From positions 9,221 to 73,220 of the forward strand of contig DATLNO010000077.1 of assembly GCA_035536715.1 (NCBI GenBank): a stretch of DNA of 64,000 nt, given 5' to 3'. Source of the stretch: Solirubrobacteraceae bacterium. Its GTDB lineage: Bacteria; Actinomycetota; Thermoleophilia; Solirubrobacterales; Solirubrobacteraceae. This document shows positions 17,709 through 27,888 of this stretch, piece after piece. Both the position numbers and the translations under genes were made by a program. Within the stretch, counting starts at the first letter, position 1. Every line of letters begins with the position of its first letter. The notes below the pieces were generated by a model that worked only from the letters and a program-made list of their open reading frames with translations, made no database searches and was not told the origin of the DNA.

Positions 17709-19943
17709 TCAGACGGGCGGCTTCGCGCCGCGCGCGCGGTAGGCCTTCTGCAGCGCCGCCGTGACCCCGTCGAACGAGGACGTGCGCGCCGGCGGGCGCC
17801 ACGTGATCCGCAGCTCACCCGCACGACCGGGCAGCCGCACCGCCCCGGCGCCGACGGGAAAGCCCGCCACGCGGACGCCGCGGGCGCGCGCCGGCACGCG
17901 CCACCACAGCGGCGTGCCCTCGGCAACCGCGGCGTTCCAGCGCAACACGGCCCCGCCGCGAACGGGATGCAGCGACACGTCGACGCGACCGCGCTTGGTC
18001 GGCGCGTCGCGCACGACGGTCGGGCGCCCCGGCACGAGCCAACGGCCCGGCACCGCCGACAGCAGCTCCAGCCCGCCGTCGCGCTCGCGCACGAGCATGT
18101 TGCGCAGCAGCGCCACGAGCTCGGCCGCGAACCAGCCGTGCGGCGCGAGGTTGTCGTCGACCGAGCGCCGCGCATAGGGCCGCACGCCGGTTTCGAAGCC
18201 TCCGTGCGTGTTCGTCGTATGCGCGAGCGCGTCGTACATGCCCTGCACCACCCGCGCCTGCTCGTCGCGCAGCAGCTCGGTCTGCCAGACGCGGAAGCCG
18301 AGGTAGTGATGGAGGTTGTGAAACTCGCCGTACGTCGCCAGGCCTTCGCGGAAGTTGCGCCGCGCGCGGGCGAGCGTCGCCGTCACGATCGCCGACGCCG
18401 GGTCGAACACCGGCTCGGGCCAGGCTGCCCAGAGGTTGCCCCAATCGCGGCCACCGGGCCGGTCCAGCACGGCTGGGATCGCGCCGCTGTTGCGCGCCGC
18501 GGCCTCGCCGACGCGCCGGCGCACCGCCACGCGCAGCGTCTCGAGCTCCGTGCTCCAGCCTGCGGCACGCTCGGTCTCGCCCAGCATGCGCGCCGCGTCG
18601 ACCACCGCCGCAAGCCCCGCCACGGCCCAGAAGTCGTCGCCCGCCAGGTGCCCCGCGACGAGCTCGTTGTCGCGCGGGTCGGACTCCGGGACGAGCCCGA
18701 GCGGATCGTTGCGCCGCGCCTCGCGCAGCCACTCGAACGCCGCGTCCAGGCGCGGCAGCATCGCTCGCGCAAACGAACTGTCGCCGGTGCGCAGCACGTG
18801 CTCGCCGATCGCCCAGAGCGCCTGGCCATGGCCGTCGAGCTGGCCGACGCGGGAGATGAACTGGCCGCTCGGGCGCTGCCACTCGGCGAAGAACCCGAGG
18901 TTCTCGCGGGCCTCGGCGTGCAGGCCCGCGAGATCGAGCGCCTGCGTCATGACCGCCCCGTCGCGCAGCCAGAAGCCGTGGTAGCGCAGCTTGTTGACGG
19001 GCTGCACCCAACGGCCGTCGGCGAGCCGGTAGCGCGGCAGGAGGATGTGCATGAGGCTCGCGTAGTAGGCCTCCTGCACGCGGCGCTCGGGCAGCTGCAG
19101 TGACATCGCGCGGGCGAATGTCGCGCGCCACGCCCGCAGCAACGCCGTGCGGCTGACCAGGTGCGACGCCGCACGCAGCTCGGCGACGACCGGCGACCCG
19201 ACGGGAACGGGTGCCACCGGCATGCGGAAGTCGAGCGTGCGGCGCGCGCCCGGGCCGAGCGGGATGCCGTACTCGACGAGCCCGAACGTCGTCGCCGCGC
19301 GGACCGGGCCGGCACCCTCGCGGCGCTGCAGTTCCACCGTGGCGGCGGCGGGCGCGGGTGGGAAGGTCGCCAGGACGCTGCCGTCGCGGACGATCGTGCC
19401 GTCGCCGAAGCCGTAGCCCCAACCGAGATCGAAGGCCGCGCCGGGCTGCATGAACAGGCCGGGCAGCAGGGGCGCAACCGGGCGCGGAAAGCGAAAGCGC
19501 CGCACGCCGTTGGCCTTCAGCGCGCCGCCGGAGTAGCGCATGCCGATCGCCCACCGCGCGCGCAGCCGGTGCGCCGACGTGTTGTGCATCGTCACGCGCA
19601 CGAACGCGACCGGCTGGCCACCGACCGGCGTCGCGAAGACGTCGAGCTCGTAACGCACACCGCCGAAGCGCTGGCCGTAGCGCATCACCGGGTAACGGCC
19701 GCCGTCGAGCGTTCGCACCGGCGCGCGCAGGCCGACGAGCCGCGGCCCCGCGCGAAACACGAGCTCACCGTGGCCGGCGTACAGAAAGCCCTCGGGCGTG
19801 ATCTCGAAGCCGGCGATGTGGCCGGGCACGGCGAGCTGGTCGGTCGGGGTCGCGAGGAAGCCGTAAGACCGGGCGTGCGCGGGAGCGGCGCCGATGAGCA
19901 GGGCGGTGAGCGCGGCAGCAAGAAGGTGAAGGCGCGACCGCAT
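17709..19943 (-). CDS. secreted (alpha/alpha)6-barrel glycoside-hydrolase-like protein (GH15-like)
   Basis: Signal peptide MRSRLHLLAAALTALLIGAAPAHA. YHGFWLRDGAVMTQAL is similar to the GH15 WxRD motif. The C-terminal half is long and helix-rich. Confidence 0.55.
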   Translation of the reverse strand: MRSRLHLLAAALTALLIGAAPAHARSYGFLATPTDQLAVPGHIAGFEITPEGFLYAGHGELVFRAGPRLVGLRAPVRTLDGGRYPVMRYGQRFGGVRYELDVFATPVGGQPVAFVRVTMHNTSAHRLRARWAIGMRYSGGALKANGVRRFRFPRPVAPLLPGLFMQPGAAFDLGWGYGFGDGTIVRDGSVLATFPPAPAAATVELQRREGAGPVRAATTFGLVEYGIPLGPGARRTLDFRMPVAPVPVGSPVVAELRAASHLVSRTALLRAWRATFARAMSLQLPERRVQEAYYASLMHILLPRYRLADGRWVQPVNKLRYHGFWLRDGAVMTQALDLAGLHAEARENLGFFAEWQRPSGQFISRVGQLDGHGQALWAIGEHVLRTGDSSFARAMLPRLDAAFEWLREARRNDPLGLVPESDPRDNELVAGHLAGDDFWAVAGLAAVVDAARMLGETERAAGWSTELETLRVAVRRRVGEAAARNSGAIPAVLDRPGGRDWGNLWAAWPEPVFDPASAIVTATLARARRNFREGLATYGEFHNLHHYLGFRVWQTELLRDEQARVVQGMYDALAHTTNTHGGFETGVRPYARRSVDDNLAPHGWFAAELVALLRNMLVRERDGGLELLSAVPGRWLVPGRPTVVRDAPTKRGRVDVSLHPVRGGAVLRWNAAVAEGTPLWWRVPARARGVRVAGFPVGAGAVRLPGRAGELRITWRPPARTSSFDGVTAALQKAYRARGAKPPV

Positions 19944-20002
19944 GCCGTTGGGACGTGGCGCGCACCTCGATGTTGCGCGGCAGACCACGTAGCCTGCTGC
20001 GC

Positions 20003-20788
20003 GTGATCGCCCTCGTGACCGGAGCCTCGAGCGGGATCGGGGAGGCGACCGCCCGGCGGATTTCCCGCGAGCCGGGTGCACGCTTGATCCTCGTCGCACG
20101 CCGCGAGGAGCGCCTGCGCGCGCTGGCGCTCGAGCTCGGCGGCGCGCCGATGGTGATCGCGGCCGACCTGACCGACGCGGACGCGCCGGCGAAGATCGCC
20201 ACCGCCGTCGACACGTGGGAGGGCGGCCTGGACCTGCTCGTCAACAACGCCGGCGCCGCCTGGCGCGGGACGTTCGGCGAGACCGGCTGGGCGAACGTGC
20301 GCCGTCACATGGAGCTGAACTTCGACGCGCAGGTGCGGCTCACGGAGGCACTGCTGCCGCTGCTGCGGCGCAATGCGCCGAGCGCGATCGTCAACGTCTC
20401 GAGCACCGCCGGCCGCGTCAGCCGCGCGCACTCCGGCGCCTATTCGGCGAGCAAGTTCGCGCTCGCCGGCTGGACCGACGCGTTGCATCTGGAGGAGCGC
20501 GAGCACGGCGTCCACGTCGGCATGGTGCTGCCGGGCTTCGTGGCGACGGAGGGCTTTCCGCAGCGCCAGCTCGTCGACCGGCGGCTCACGCGCTGGATCG
20601 TCTCGACGCCCGAGAAGGTCGCCGAGGCGGTCATGGACGCTGGGCCCGGCGGTCGCGCCGAGCGCTACGTGCCCCGGCCCTACTGGCTGGGCGCGGCCGC
20701 GCGGATCGTCCTGCCGCGCGCGACCCGCCGCGCGCTCACGCCGGTCGCAGCGAGGCGTCGCGGCCGGCGGCGCCCCACGCTGCAGTGA
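20003..20788 (+). CDS. SDR family oxidoreductase
   Basis: IALVTGASSGIGEA, NNAG and YSASKFA. GTG at 20003 is preferred; the track start 19955 would nearly abut the divergent gene. Confidence 0.75.
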   Translation: MIALVTGASSGIGEATARRISREPGARLILVARREERLRALALELGGAPMVIAADLTDADAPAKIATAVDTWEGGLDLLVNNAGAAWRGTFGETGWANVRRHMELNFDAQVRLTEALLPLLRRNAPSAIVNVSSTAGRVSRAHSGAYSASKFALAGWTDALHLEEREHGVHVGMVLPGFVATEGFPQRQLVDRRLTRWIVSTPEKVAEAVMDAGPGGRAERYVPRPYWLGAAARIVLPRATRRALTPVAARRRGRRRPTLQ

Positions 20789-23630
20789 GCTGCGTGCGCG
20801 ATCGCACGCCCAGCTTGGAGTAGGCGCGCGACAGGTGGTGCTCGACGGTCTTCTCGCTGAGAAAGAGGGTCGCCGCGACCTGCTTGTTCGAGCGGCCCTG
20901 GGCGACGAGCGCGGCGATCTCGCGCTCGCGCTCGGTGAGCGGGGTCAGCGCGGACGGCGCCGGCGCGGCGCGAGCCGCCCCGACCGGCGCCAGCCGCACG
21001 CCGAGGCGGCGCAGCTCGCTGCCCGCCGCGTCGCGCAGCCGCCACGCCTGCGCGCGGCCGGCCTCGTCGGCGACGCGCTGCAGCTCGTCGTGTGCCTCGG
21101 CGCGGCGTCCGGCCGTCGCGAGGGCGCGCCCCGCGCACAGCCGCGACGGCAGGGCGTCCAGCCGCGCACCGAGGCGTTCCTGCTCGTCGGCGGCCGCCTG
21201 GGCGAGCCGCACGGCGCGTTGCGGATCGCCCTCGGCGAGCGCGATCTCGGCGCGGGCGGCCAGCGCGCGCGTGACGCCGACCGGCAGCTCGTACGTGATC
21301 GCGCGCCGCTCGGTGAGCGCGGCAAAGCGGCGCGCCTCGTCGACGTCCCCCGTCGCGATCGCGGCGCGCACGAGCACGAGCGCCAGCCACAGCGACCGTG
21401 TCGGGTCGATCCGCTCGAGCTCGGGTCCGGCGGCGTCGACCATCTCGCGCAGGGCGAGCGCCGGATCCTCCTCGGCACGGTGCGCCGCCAGGTTGCAGCG
21501 CCCGATCGGCTTGAAGATGTCGCCGGGCTCGAGATCGTCGAGCAGCGGACGGCACTCGGCCTCCAGCCGTGCGACCTCGCGCACGTCGCCCTGCAGCCAA
21601 GCGACGAACGAGTGCGACGACAGCGCCCACTGCAGCTGGTAGCTCAGGCCCTGCAGTCGGGCCGTCTCCTCCGCGGCTTCCGCGAGCTGCAGGCTCTCGG
21701 CCAGGTCGAGCGTGTCGGTCAGCCCCAGCGCCAGCAACGTCGTCAGCGGTGCGACGAGGTGGCCGATCCGTTCGGCGCGGGCGATCCGCAGGCCGCGTCG
21801 CATGACCTCCTGGCTCTCGCCGTGGCGCTCGAGCAGCAGCAGCGTGTGACCGAGGACCCAGGCGGACTCGGGCCAGGTGGCGACGGCGTGGTCCGGGAGC
21901 CGCGTGAACCCGCGCAGGGCCAGGTCGACGTGCCAGCGCGAGCGGGTCGGATCACCGCTCAACAGCAGGCCGAGCGATTGCAGCGCGTTCCCCAGCACCA
22001 TCGCGCCGGCCAGCGGCGAGCCGGATGGCGGCTGCGCCGTGGTCTGCAGCGCGCGGCCCGCCCAGCGCGTGACGGCGGCGGCATCGGCCGCGAAGAACGC
22101 GGTGAGCGCGAGCTGCGTCTCCAACGCGGCCCGCAGCTCGGCCGCAGCGCCGTCCGGCAGCGAGGCCAGCGCGCGCTCGAGCCGTCCGCGAGCGGCGCCG
22201 TGCAGCCCGAGGACGTTCTCCAGCGTCGCGCAGCGGGCGACGAGCATGATGCGCTCGGGCGCTCCGGGCGCGAGCAGCTCCGCGGCGCGCTCGAACGCCT
22301 CCCTGCTCTCGTTGAGGTGGCCGGCCGACGCGAGCGCCGCGGCACGCGGTGCGAGCACCGCCGCGTGCCGCGCCGCGTCGCCGCCGGGCAGCAGCCGCTG
22401 CGCGGACTCGTAGAGGCGCGCAGCCGTCGCGGGAGCGGTCTCGGCAGACTCCGCGGCGGCCCGCGTGAGCAGCGCCACGGCGTCGTCGTCCCCCGGCCGG
22501 GCGCACTGCTCGACGTGGTAGGCGCGCACCGCGAGTGCCGCGCCGCGACGCGTGAGCTCCTCCGCCACCCGCTCGTGCGCGGCCAGGCGCCAGGCGGGCG
22601 GGGCGGCGTCGTAGACGGCGCGGCGCGCAAGCGGATGACGAAAGCGAAATCCGCGCGCTGACTCGGCGCGATGCACGAGGTCGGCGGCCACGAGCTGGTC
22701 GAGCAACGCCAGGGCATCCTCGGCCTGCCCGGCGGCACGCGCGGCGAGCTCGGGGTCGAAGGGCTCGCCGGCCACGGCGGCTCCTTCGAGCAGCACGCGC
22801 GCGGGGGCCGGGAGTGCCGCGACCTCCTGCTGCACGGCCGCGACCAGCGAGGACGGCAGCGACGCCTCCGCGCGCCCCGCGGCGAGCGCGAGCTCCTCGA
22901 GATACAGCGGGTTGCCGGCGGCCTCGCGCAGGAGCCGCGCGCGCAGCGCCTCGTCGCCGACGTCGTGCAGCAGCACGGCGGCGTCGGCGTCGGCGAGCGG
23001 CCGCAGCTCGACATGCTCGCCGCACGGCGCGCCACGCAGCGCGTCGAGCAGTCGCAGCGCCGGCCCGACGCGCCGGCCGGCGAAGACCAGCAGGTGCGCC
23101 CCTCGCGGCGGGCGCCGGATGAGGTGCAGGATGAGCTCCAGCGAGGCGTCGTCGGCCCAGTGCACGTCGTCGAGAACGAGCACCAGCGGGCGCTCGCGGC
23201 CGAGCCGCTCGAGCAGGGCCCGCAGCGCGCGGTGGTAGCGAAATCGCTCTGCGCCGCTCGCCGGCTCGGTCGCCTCGACATGCTGGGCGACAGCGGGAAG
23301 CACCGCGGCGAGCTCGGCTTCGCGGACAGGCCCGAGCGTTTGGAGCTGGCGCGGGTGCAGCGTCGACACGTGATCGTCGAGGGCGTCCACGGCGAGGCCG
23401 AACGCGAGATCGCGCTCGTGCTCGGCGGCGCTCCCCGAGAGGACGAGCAGCCCTGATGTCGCGGCGCTTGCGCTCAGCTCGCGCAGCAGCGCGGTCTTGC
23501 CGATGCCCGGCTCGCCGAAGACGCCGATCGAACGGGTTGCGCCGCCGCGCACCGCCGCGACGGCGTCCCGGAGCAGTTCGAGCTCGGGGTCGCGGCCGAT
23601 CAACTTGTCTCTCCCGGCGCGTTCGTGCAT
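20736..23630 (-). CDS. LAL-type (large ATP-binding LuxR family) transcriptional regulator
   Basis: 964 aa. N-terminal Walker A GEPGIGKT, a long helical/TPR-like middle, and C-terminal LuxR HTH LTEREREIAALVAQGRSNKQVAATLFLSEKTVEHHLSRAYSKLGV. Confidence 0.85.
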   Translation of the reverse strand: MHERAGRDKLIGRDPELELLRDAVAAVRGGATRSIGVFGEPGIGKTALLRELSASAATSGLLVLSGSAAEHERDLAFGLAVDALDDHVSTLHPRQLQTLGPVREAELAAVLPAVAQHVEATEPASGAERFRYHRALRALLERLGRERPLVLVLDDVHWADDASLELILHLIRRPPRGAHLLVFAGRRVGPALRLLDALRGAPCGEHVELRPLADADAAVLLHDVGDEALRARLLREAAGNPLYLEELALAAGRAEASLPSSLVAAVQQEVAALPAPARVLLEGAAVAGEPFDPELAARAAGQAEDALALLDQLVAADLVHRAESARGFRFRHPLARRAVYDAAPPAWRLAAHERVAEELTRRGAALAVRAYHVEQCARPGDDDAVALLTRAAAESAETAPATAARLYESAQRLLPGGDAARHAAVLAPRAAALASAGHLNESREAFERAAELLAPGAPERIMLVARCATLENVLGLHGAARGRLERALASLPDGAAAELRAALETQLALTAFFAADAAAVTRWAGRALQTTAQPPSGSPLAGAMVLGNALQSLGLLLSGDPTRSRWHVDLALRGFTRLPDHAVATWPESAWVLGHTLLLLERHGESQEVMRRGLRIARAERIGHLVAPLTTLLALGLTDTLDLAESLQLAEAAEETARLQGLSYQLQWALSSHSFVAWLQGDVREVARLEAECRPLLDDLEPGDIFKPIGRCNLAAHRAEEDPALALREMVDAAGPELERIDPTRSLWLALVLVRAAIATGDVDEARRFAALTERRAITYELPVGVTRALAARAEIALAEGDPQRAVRLAQAAADEQERLGARLDALPSRLCAGRALATAGRRAEAHDELQRVADEAGRAQAWRLRDAAGSELRRLGVRLAPVGAARAAPAPSALTPLTEREREIAALVAQGRSNKQVAATLFLSEKTVEHHLSRAYSKLGVRSRTQLTAAWGAAGRDASLRPA

Positions 23631-23642
23631 CCAGCCGCGATC

Positions 23643-23664
23643 TTAAGGGTTGATGCACCCTTAA
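23643..23664. promoter_or_regulatory. 22-bp inverted repeat TTAAGGGT-N6-ACCCTTAA in the LuxR/cupredoxin divergent intergenic region
   Basis: Perfect 8-bp arms that are AT-rich relative to their surroundings. It lies 13 bp upstream of the LuxR ATG (23630) and about 115 bp upstream of the cupredoxin ATG (23778). Confidence 0.3.
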
Positions 23665-23777
23665 CCAGGGTTTGGACTGGACGATCGAGGGGTTTCCCCG
23701 ATGCGTCGTGGACCCCTCGCCTGAGAGCCTCGCGGCCACCATTCCCCGCGGTCGCGGCTGACAAGGAGACGAAAGCA

Positions 23778-24353
23778 ATGAGGACTCGACGTTCGACGGC
23801 ACTGCGGGGCCTGCTCGCCGCGGGCGCCACGGCCGGCCTGGTGGCAGCGCTGGGCAGCGGATCGCCCGCGTCGGCCGACGGCGGGGCGCAGGTGCCCGCT
23901 TCCACCGCGAAGACGATCTCCATGAGGTCCACGCCCGTGCTGCAGTTCACCGGGTCGACGTCGGTCGCCTCGGGCCAGCCACTGCGCATCCGCAACCTCA
24001 GCAATCCGCGCGAGCACGGGCCGCACACCTTCACGCTCGTCGCGTCCAACGTCGTGCCGCAGAGCCCCAAGGCGATGAAGGACTGCTTCACCCCCGGCAA
24101 GATCTGCCTGATCGCGGCGACCGCGCACGAGTTCGACCCGAAGACGGAGAAGCTCGACCGCCCGCTCGTCGAGGCCGGCAAGATCGGCTGGGACAAGCGC
24201 TTCTCGCGCGTCTCCAGGAAGGGCGACTCCTGGTACAGCGAGAAGAAGAACGAGGAGTTCTCGCAGGTCGTCAGCTCGGCTCCGGGGACGATCCTGCGCT
24301 ACATGTGCATCGTGCATCCGGAGATGCAGGGCAAGATCAGGGTCACCGGTTAG
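23778..24353 (+). CDS. secreted cupredoxin (type 1 blue copper, amicyanin-like loop)
   Basis: RBS AAGGAG, then signal peptide MRTRRSTALRGLLAAGATAGLVAALG. Cu ligand set GPHTF ... CIVHPEM (C-x2-H-x2-M). Confidence 0.7.
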   Translation: MRTRRSTALRGLLAAGATAGLVAALGSGSPASADGGAQVPASTAKTISMRSTPVLQFTGSTSVASGQPLRIRNLSNPREHGPHTFTLVASNVVPQSPKAMKDCFTPGKICLIAATAHEFDPKTEKLDRPLVEAGKIGWDKRFSRVSRKGDSWYSEKKNEEFSQVVSSAPGTILRYMCIVHPEMQGKIRVTG

Positions 24354-24406
24354 GCCCACGTGCCCCGGCGGGCGGGAGCAACGCTTCCCGCCCGCCGACG
24401 CGTCCC

Positions 24407-25999
24407 TTGCACGAGCAATCGGAGCCTCCTGCGATCGACGGCATCAGCCGTCGATCGCTGCTGTCCGCCGCGGCGGCCGGTGCACTCGTGCTGACGCTTC
24501 CGGTCGCCGTGCGCGCGCCTGCTTCGCCGGGGCGCGTGCGGATCCGGCGCGCCGTGCGGCCGTACTCCACGCCGCTGCCGATCCCCGAGGTCCTGACGCG
24601 CGCCGACCTGACGATCCCGATGCGCGAGGCCGAGGTCGCGATCCTGCCGGGGCGCAAGACGCAGATGTGGACCTACGGTGGCAGCTTTCCGGGTCCGACG
24701 ATCCGCCGCCCCGCGGGCGTCACCACGAGGGTGCGCTTCCAGCACCGGCTACCGGCGCAGGCCGGCGAGCTCACCGTCCACCTGCACGGCGGGCACAACC
24801 GCTGCACGGAGGACGGCCAGCCGGGCGGGCTGACCGACGCGCAGCCGCAGTCGCTGTACTGCGACATCTCGTCCGCCGTGCCGGCCGCGCAGTCGGGCAA
24901 CGACCTGCTGATCGGTCCCGGCGGCGCGCGCACGTACAGCTACGAGCAGATCGAGGACGGGGTGCCGGAGCGCTCCGCGTTTCAGTGGTACCACGACCAT
25001 CGCCTCGACCGCACGGCGCGCAACGTCTGGCGCGGGCTCGCCGGGATGTGGATCGTCGACGACGAGCTCGACGCATCGCTGCCGCTGCCACGCGGGCACC
25101 GCGACATCCCGCTGATGCTCGCCGATCGCTCGTTGGACGCGAACAACCAGCTCACCGATCCGTTCGCGGCGCAGCGGCGCCCGCCCGACGACGGGGTCAC
25201 GGGCCGGCACGTGCTCGTCAACGGCGCGGTCCTGCCCTACCACCGCGTGTCGGCGCAGCGCTACCGCTTGCGGATGCTGAACGCGTCGCACTTCCGCGCC
25301 TACGAGCTGCAGCTCAGCGGCGGGCTGCCGATGGTCCAGATCGCAACCGACGCCGGCCTCATGCCCCGCCCGCTGCGCCGCAGCCGCGTCCTGCTCGGCC
25401 CCGGCGAGCGCGTGGAGGTCATCGTCGACTTCGCCGCGGCACGTGGCGAGCACGTGCACCTGCGCAGCGCCAGGCGGTCGCACGGACCGCAGGGCCTGGG
25501 CTCTACGACGTACGCCGGGACGCTCATGCAGTTCCGCGTCGGGACGCGGCGCGCAGCGGACCGCAGCTCCGTTCCGCGGCAGTTGCGCGCGCTGCCGGCG
25601 TGGGTCGCCGAGGCGGCCGCCACGCCGTCACACGTCTGGCGCTTCACCGTCGGCGGCGGCTTGCGGCCGCGCTGGCTCGTCAACGGCCGATCCTTCGATC
25701 CGACGTACGCCGACGTCACCGCGCGGCTCGGCGACACGGTGACCTGGGAGCTGCACAACCGGACCGCTGTGGCCCACCTCATCCACCTGCACCACACCGA
25801 CTGGTACGTGCTCTCGCGCAACGGCAGGCCGCCGCCGCCGTGGGAGGCCTGCCTGAAGGACACGTTCTTCCTCGACGGCGGCGAGCGCGTCGTCATCGCC
25901 GGGCGCATGAGCGACTACACGGGCAAGTACGTCATGCACTGCCACATGCTCGACCATGAGGATCACGGCCTGATGTCGCAATTCGAAGTCGTCGCCTAG
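24407..25999 (+). CDS. three-domain multicopper oxidase, Tat-exported
   Basis: Twin-arginine signal SRRSLLSAAAAGALVL. Copper motifs HLHGGH, WYHDH, HLIHLHH and HCHMLDHEDHGLM. The start is uncertain; TTG at 24407 is proposed inside track ORF 24305..25999. Confidence 0.8.
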   Translation: MHEQSEPPAIDGISRRSLLSAAAAGALVLTLPVAVRAPASPGRVRIRRAVRPYSTPLPIPEVLTRADLTIPMREAEVAILPGRKTQMWTYGGSFPGPTIRRPAGVTTRVRFQHRLPAQAGELTVHLHGGHNRCTEDGQPGGLTDAQPQSLYCDISSAVPAAQSGNDLLIGPGGARTYSYEQIEDGVPERSAFQWYHDHRLDRTARNVWRGLAGMWIVDDELDASLPLPRGHRDIPLMLADRSLDANNQLTDPFAAQRRPPDDGVTGRHVLVNGAVLPYHRVSAQRYRLRMLNASHFRAYELQLSGGLPMVQIATDAGLMPRPLRRSRVLLGPGERVEVIVDFAAARGEHVHLRSARRSHGPQGLGSTTYAGTLMQFRVGTRRAADRSSVPRQLRALPAWVAEAAATPSHVWRFTVGGGLRPRWLVNGRSFDPTYADVTARLGDTVTWELHNRTAVAHLIHLHHTDWYVLSRNGRPPPPWEACLKDTFFLDGGERVVIAGRMSDYTGKYVMHCHMLDHEDHGLMSQFEVVA

Positions 26000-26041
26000 C
26001 CCGGCGAGCCGCACGGCCACGACGCCGCGCCGGGCGCCGGA

Positions 26042-26959
26042 TCAGTCGTCGTGCCTCGCGGGCGCTCGCACCCGGCCGATCCGCAGGATCCGGCTCGTCG
26101 CGAGCGCCGTCGCGCCGTCGGCGAGGGTGTAGCGCACGCGGGCGCGCCGCAGCCGCGTGCGCAGCGTGAACGTCGCACCCGAGCGCTTGTCGAGCACGGC
26201 CGTGCGAACGGGCCACCAGCCGAAGCGCTCGGGCAGGAAGAGCTGCAGCACCACCCGACCGCCGCGCGCGGGCGGCGTCACGTTCGCGCGCAGCCGGACG
26301 CGGCCGAGCATCGTCGTGCGCGCCGTCAGGCTGATGCGGTGATCGAGGACGAGCAGCTTCACGCTCGAGCTCGTCGCGGCGCCCGCCACCGCACGCAGCG
26401 TCGTGCTCGCGGCCGGGACGATGCGTGCGGCAAACCGGCCGTCTTCGCCGATCGTGCTCGACGCGATGGGGGCGAAGCCGGTGCCGCTGTCAGCCTCGAT
26501 CGAGACCGGCGTGCCCGCAGGCAGGGCGGCGCGGCCCGACAGCGGGAACGGGCGGTTGGGCGCGGCGGCCTGGCCCGGGTTGTCGAGCAGCAGGTCGTGC
26601 ACGGCTACGAGCCCGCGCATCGACGGGTGCAGCCTGCAGAAGTACCGCGCCTCGCCGGCGGTGCCGAACCGGCGGCGATAGGCCTCTGACGACGCCAGGC
26701 GCCCCGAGTCGAAGCTGCCGTCCTCTGCCGTCACCGTGTGCATGCGCACGCTCTCGTTCGTCCACCTCACGGACTCCCCCGCGACGAGGTCCAGCCGGGG
26801 CGGCAGCATCGCGTCGAAGCTGATGCGCGCGGCGAGCGTCATCCCCGCAGGCGCGGTAGCGCCTCCCGAGGCGTCGTCGCTCGAAGGATGCTGCGACGCG
26901 GCGGGGGCGGCGTAGGCGACAGCGCCCAGCAGCGCGGCAAGGAGCGCCGCCCGCCTCAT
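26042..26959 (-). CDS. secreted cupredoxin domain protein with a C-terminal beta-rich extension
   Basis: Signal peptide MRRAALLAALLGAVAYAAPA. RMHTVTAEDGSF ... CRLHPSMRG gives the type 1 Cu ligands. The ATG overlaps the upstream stop (ATGA). Confidence 0.65.
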   Translation of the reverse strand: MRRAALLAALLGAVAYAAPAASQHPSSDDASGGATAPAGMTLAARISFDAMLPPRLDLVAGESVRWTNESVRMHTVTAEDGSFDSGRLASSEAYRRRFGTAGEARYFCRLHPSMRGLVAVHDLLLDNPGQAAAPNRPFPLSGRAALPAGTPVSIEADSGTGFAPIASSTIGEDGRFAARIVPAASTTLRAVAGAATSSSVKLLVLDHRISLTARTTMLGRVRLRANVTPPARGGRVVLQLFLPERFGWWPVRTAVLDKRSGATFTLRTRLRRARVRYTLADGATALATSRILRIGRVRAPARHDD

Positions 26960-27888
26960 CGGCGGCTCGCGCGGTAGGTGCCGATCATGCCGCGCTCCAT
27001 GTGCTGCTCGACGTGACAGTGGTACAGCCAGACCCCGGGGGCGTTCTCGCGGTAGCGGAAGCGGAACGACTCGGCGGGGCCCACCGTACGCGTGTCGCGC
27101 GAGATGCCGCCGGCCTCCAGCCAGCGGTGGCCGTGGACGTGGAAGGTGTGGTGCTCGGAGCCCATCGCCATGACGTCCCACTGCACGAGGTCGCCGACCT
27201 TCGTCTGAAACACCGGCGTGTTGCCGACGAAGGCGCGGCCGTCGATCGTCTGGAAGTCGCCCATCGGCGCGAACACGACGACGAACTCCTTGTCGGGCAG
27301 CTTCTCACCGCGGCCGCGGATCGAGAGCATCCCGTACATCCCGCCCGCGATCGACTCGTGCATCGACGACGAGTGGTCGTGGTAGGGCCAGACGCCGGCC
27401 GACTGGCGGCCCGCGGTGAGCCGGTAGGTCCAGGTCTTGCCGGGCAGGACGTTGCCGTCGGGGCCCGACACGCCCGGTACGAAGGCACCGTCTGAGCTCG
27501 GCTTGTACTCGACGCCGTGGAAGTGCATCGAGTGGCCGTTCATGCGCCTGAAGTCCATGTTCTTGAAGTGGATGACGAGCTTGTCGCCGACGCGGGCGCG
27601 CATGAGCGGCCCCGGGATGAGGTCCTGGTTGCCCGACATCGGCGAGTTGCTGAGCGGACGGCGCCAGTTGCGCGAGTAGCGCCGGTAGACCGTCGTCGGC
27701 ATGACGGTCTGCGCCGGATCCAGGCGCGTCCCGGTGATGTGGTCGCCCCCGTTGGGCGCCATGTTCCAGATGACCGGCGTCGCGGCCACCCAGAACTCGC
27801 GGGTCGCGGCTCCGGCGGCCGGCGCGGCGGCGAGCACCGCCGCGCCGGTCATAACGAGGGCCGCGAGAGCGACTCTGCCATCTGTCAC
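26956..27888 (-). CDS. two-domain multicopper oxidase (SLAC-like small laccase)
   Basis: 310 aa. HSMHFHG, WPYHDH, HTFHVHGH and LYHCHVEQHMERGM (HCH-x3-H-x4-M). N-terminal signal peptide. The GTG start overlaps the upstream stop (GTGA). Confidence 0.8.
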   Translation of the reverse strand: MTDGRVALAALVMTGAAVLAAAPAAGAATREFWVAATPVIWNMAPNGGDHITGTRLDPAQTVMPTTVYRRYSRNWRRPLSNSPMSGNQDLIPGPLMRARVGDKLVIHFKNMDFRRMNGHSMHFHGVEYKPSSDGAFVPGVSGPDGNVLPGKTWTYRLTAGRQSAGVWPYHDHSSSMHESIAGGMYGMLSIRGRGEKLPDKEFVVVFAPMGDFQTIDGRAFVGNTPVFQTKVGDLVQWDVMAMGSEHHTFHVHGHRWLEAGGISRDTRTVGPAESFRFRYRENAPGVWLYHCHVEQHMERGMIGTYRASRR

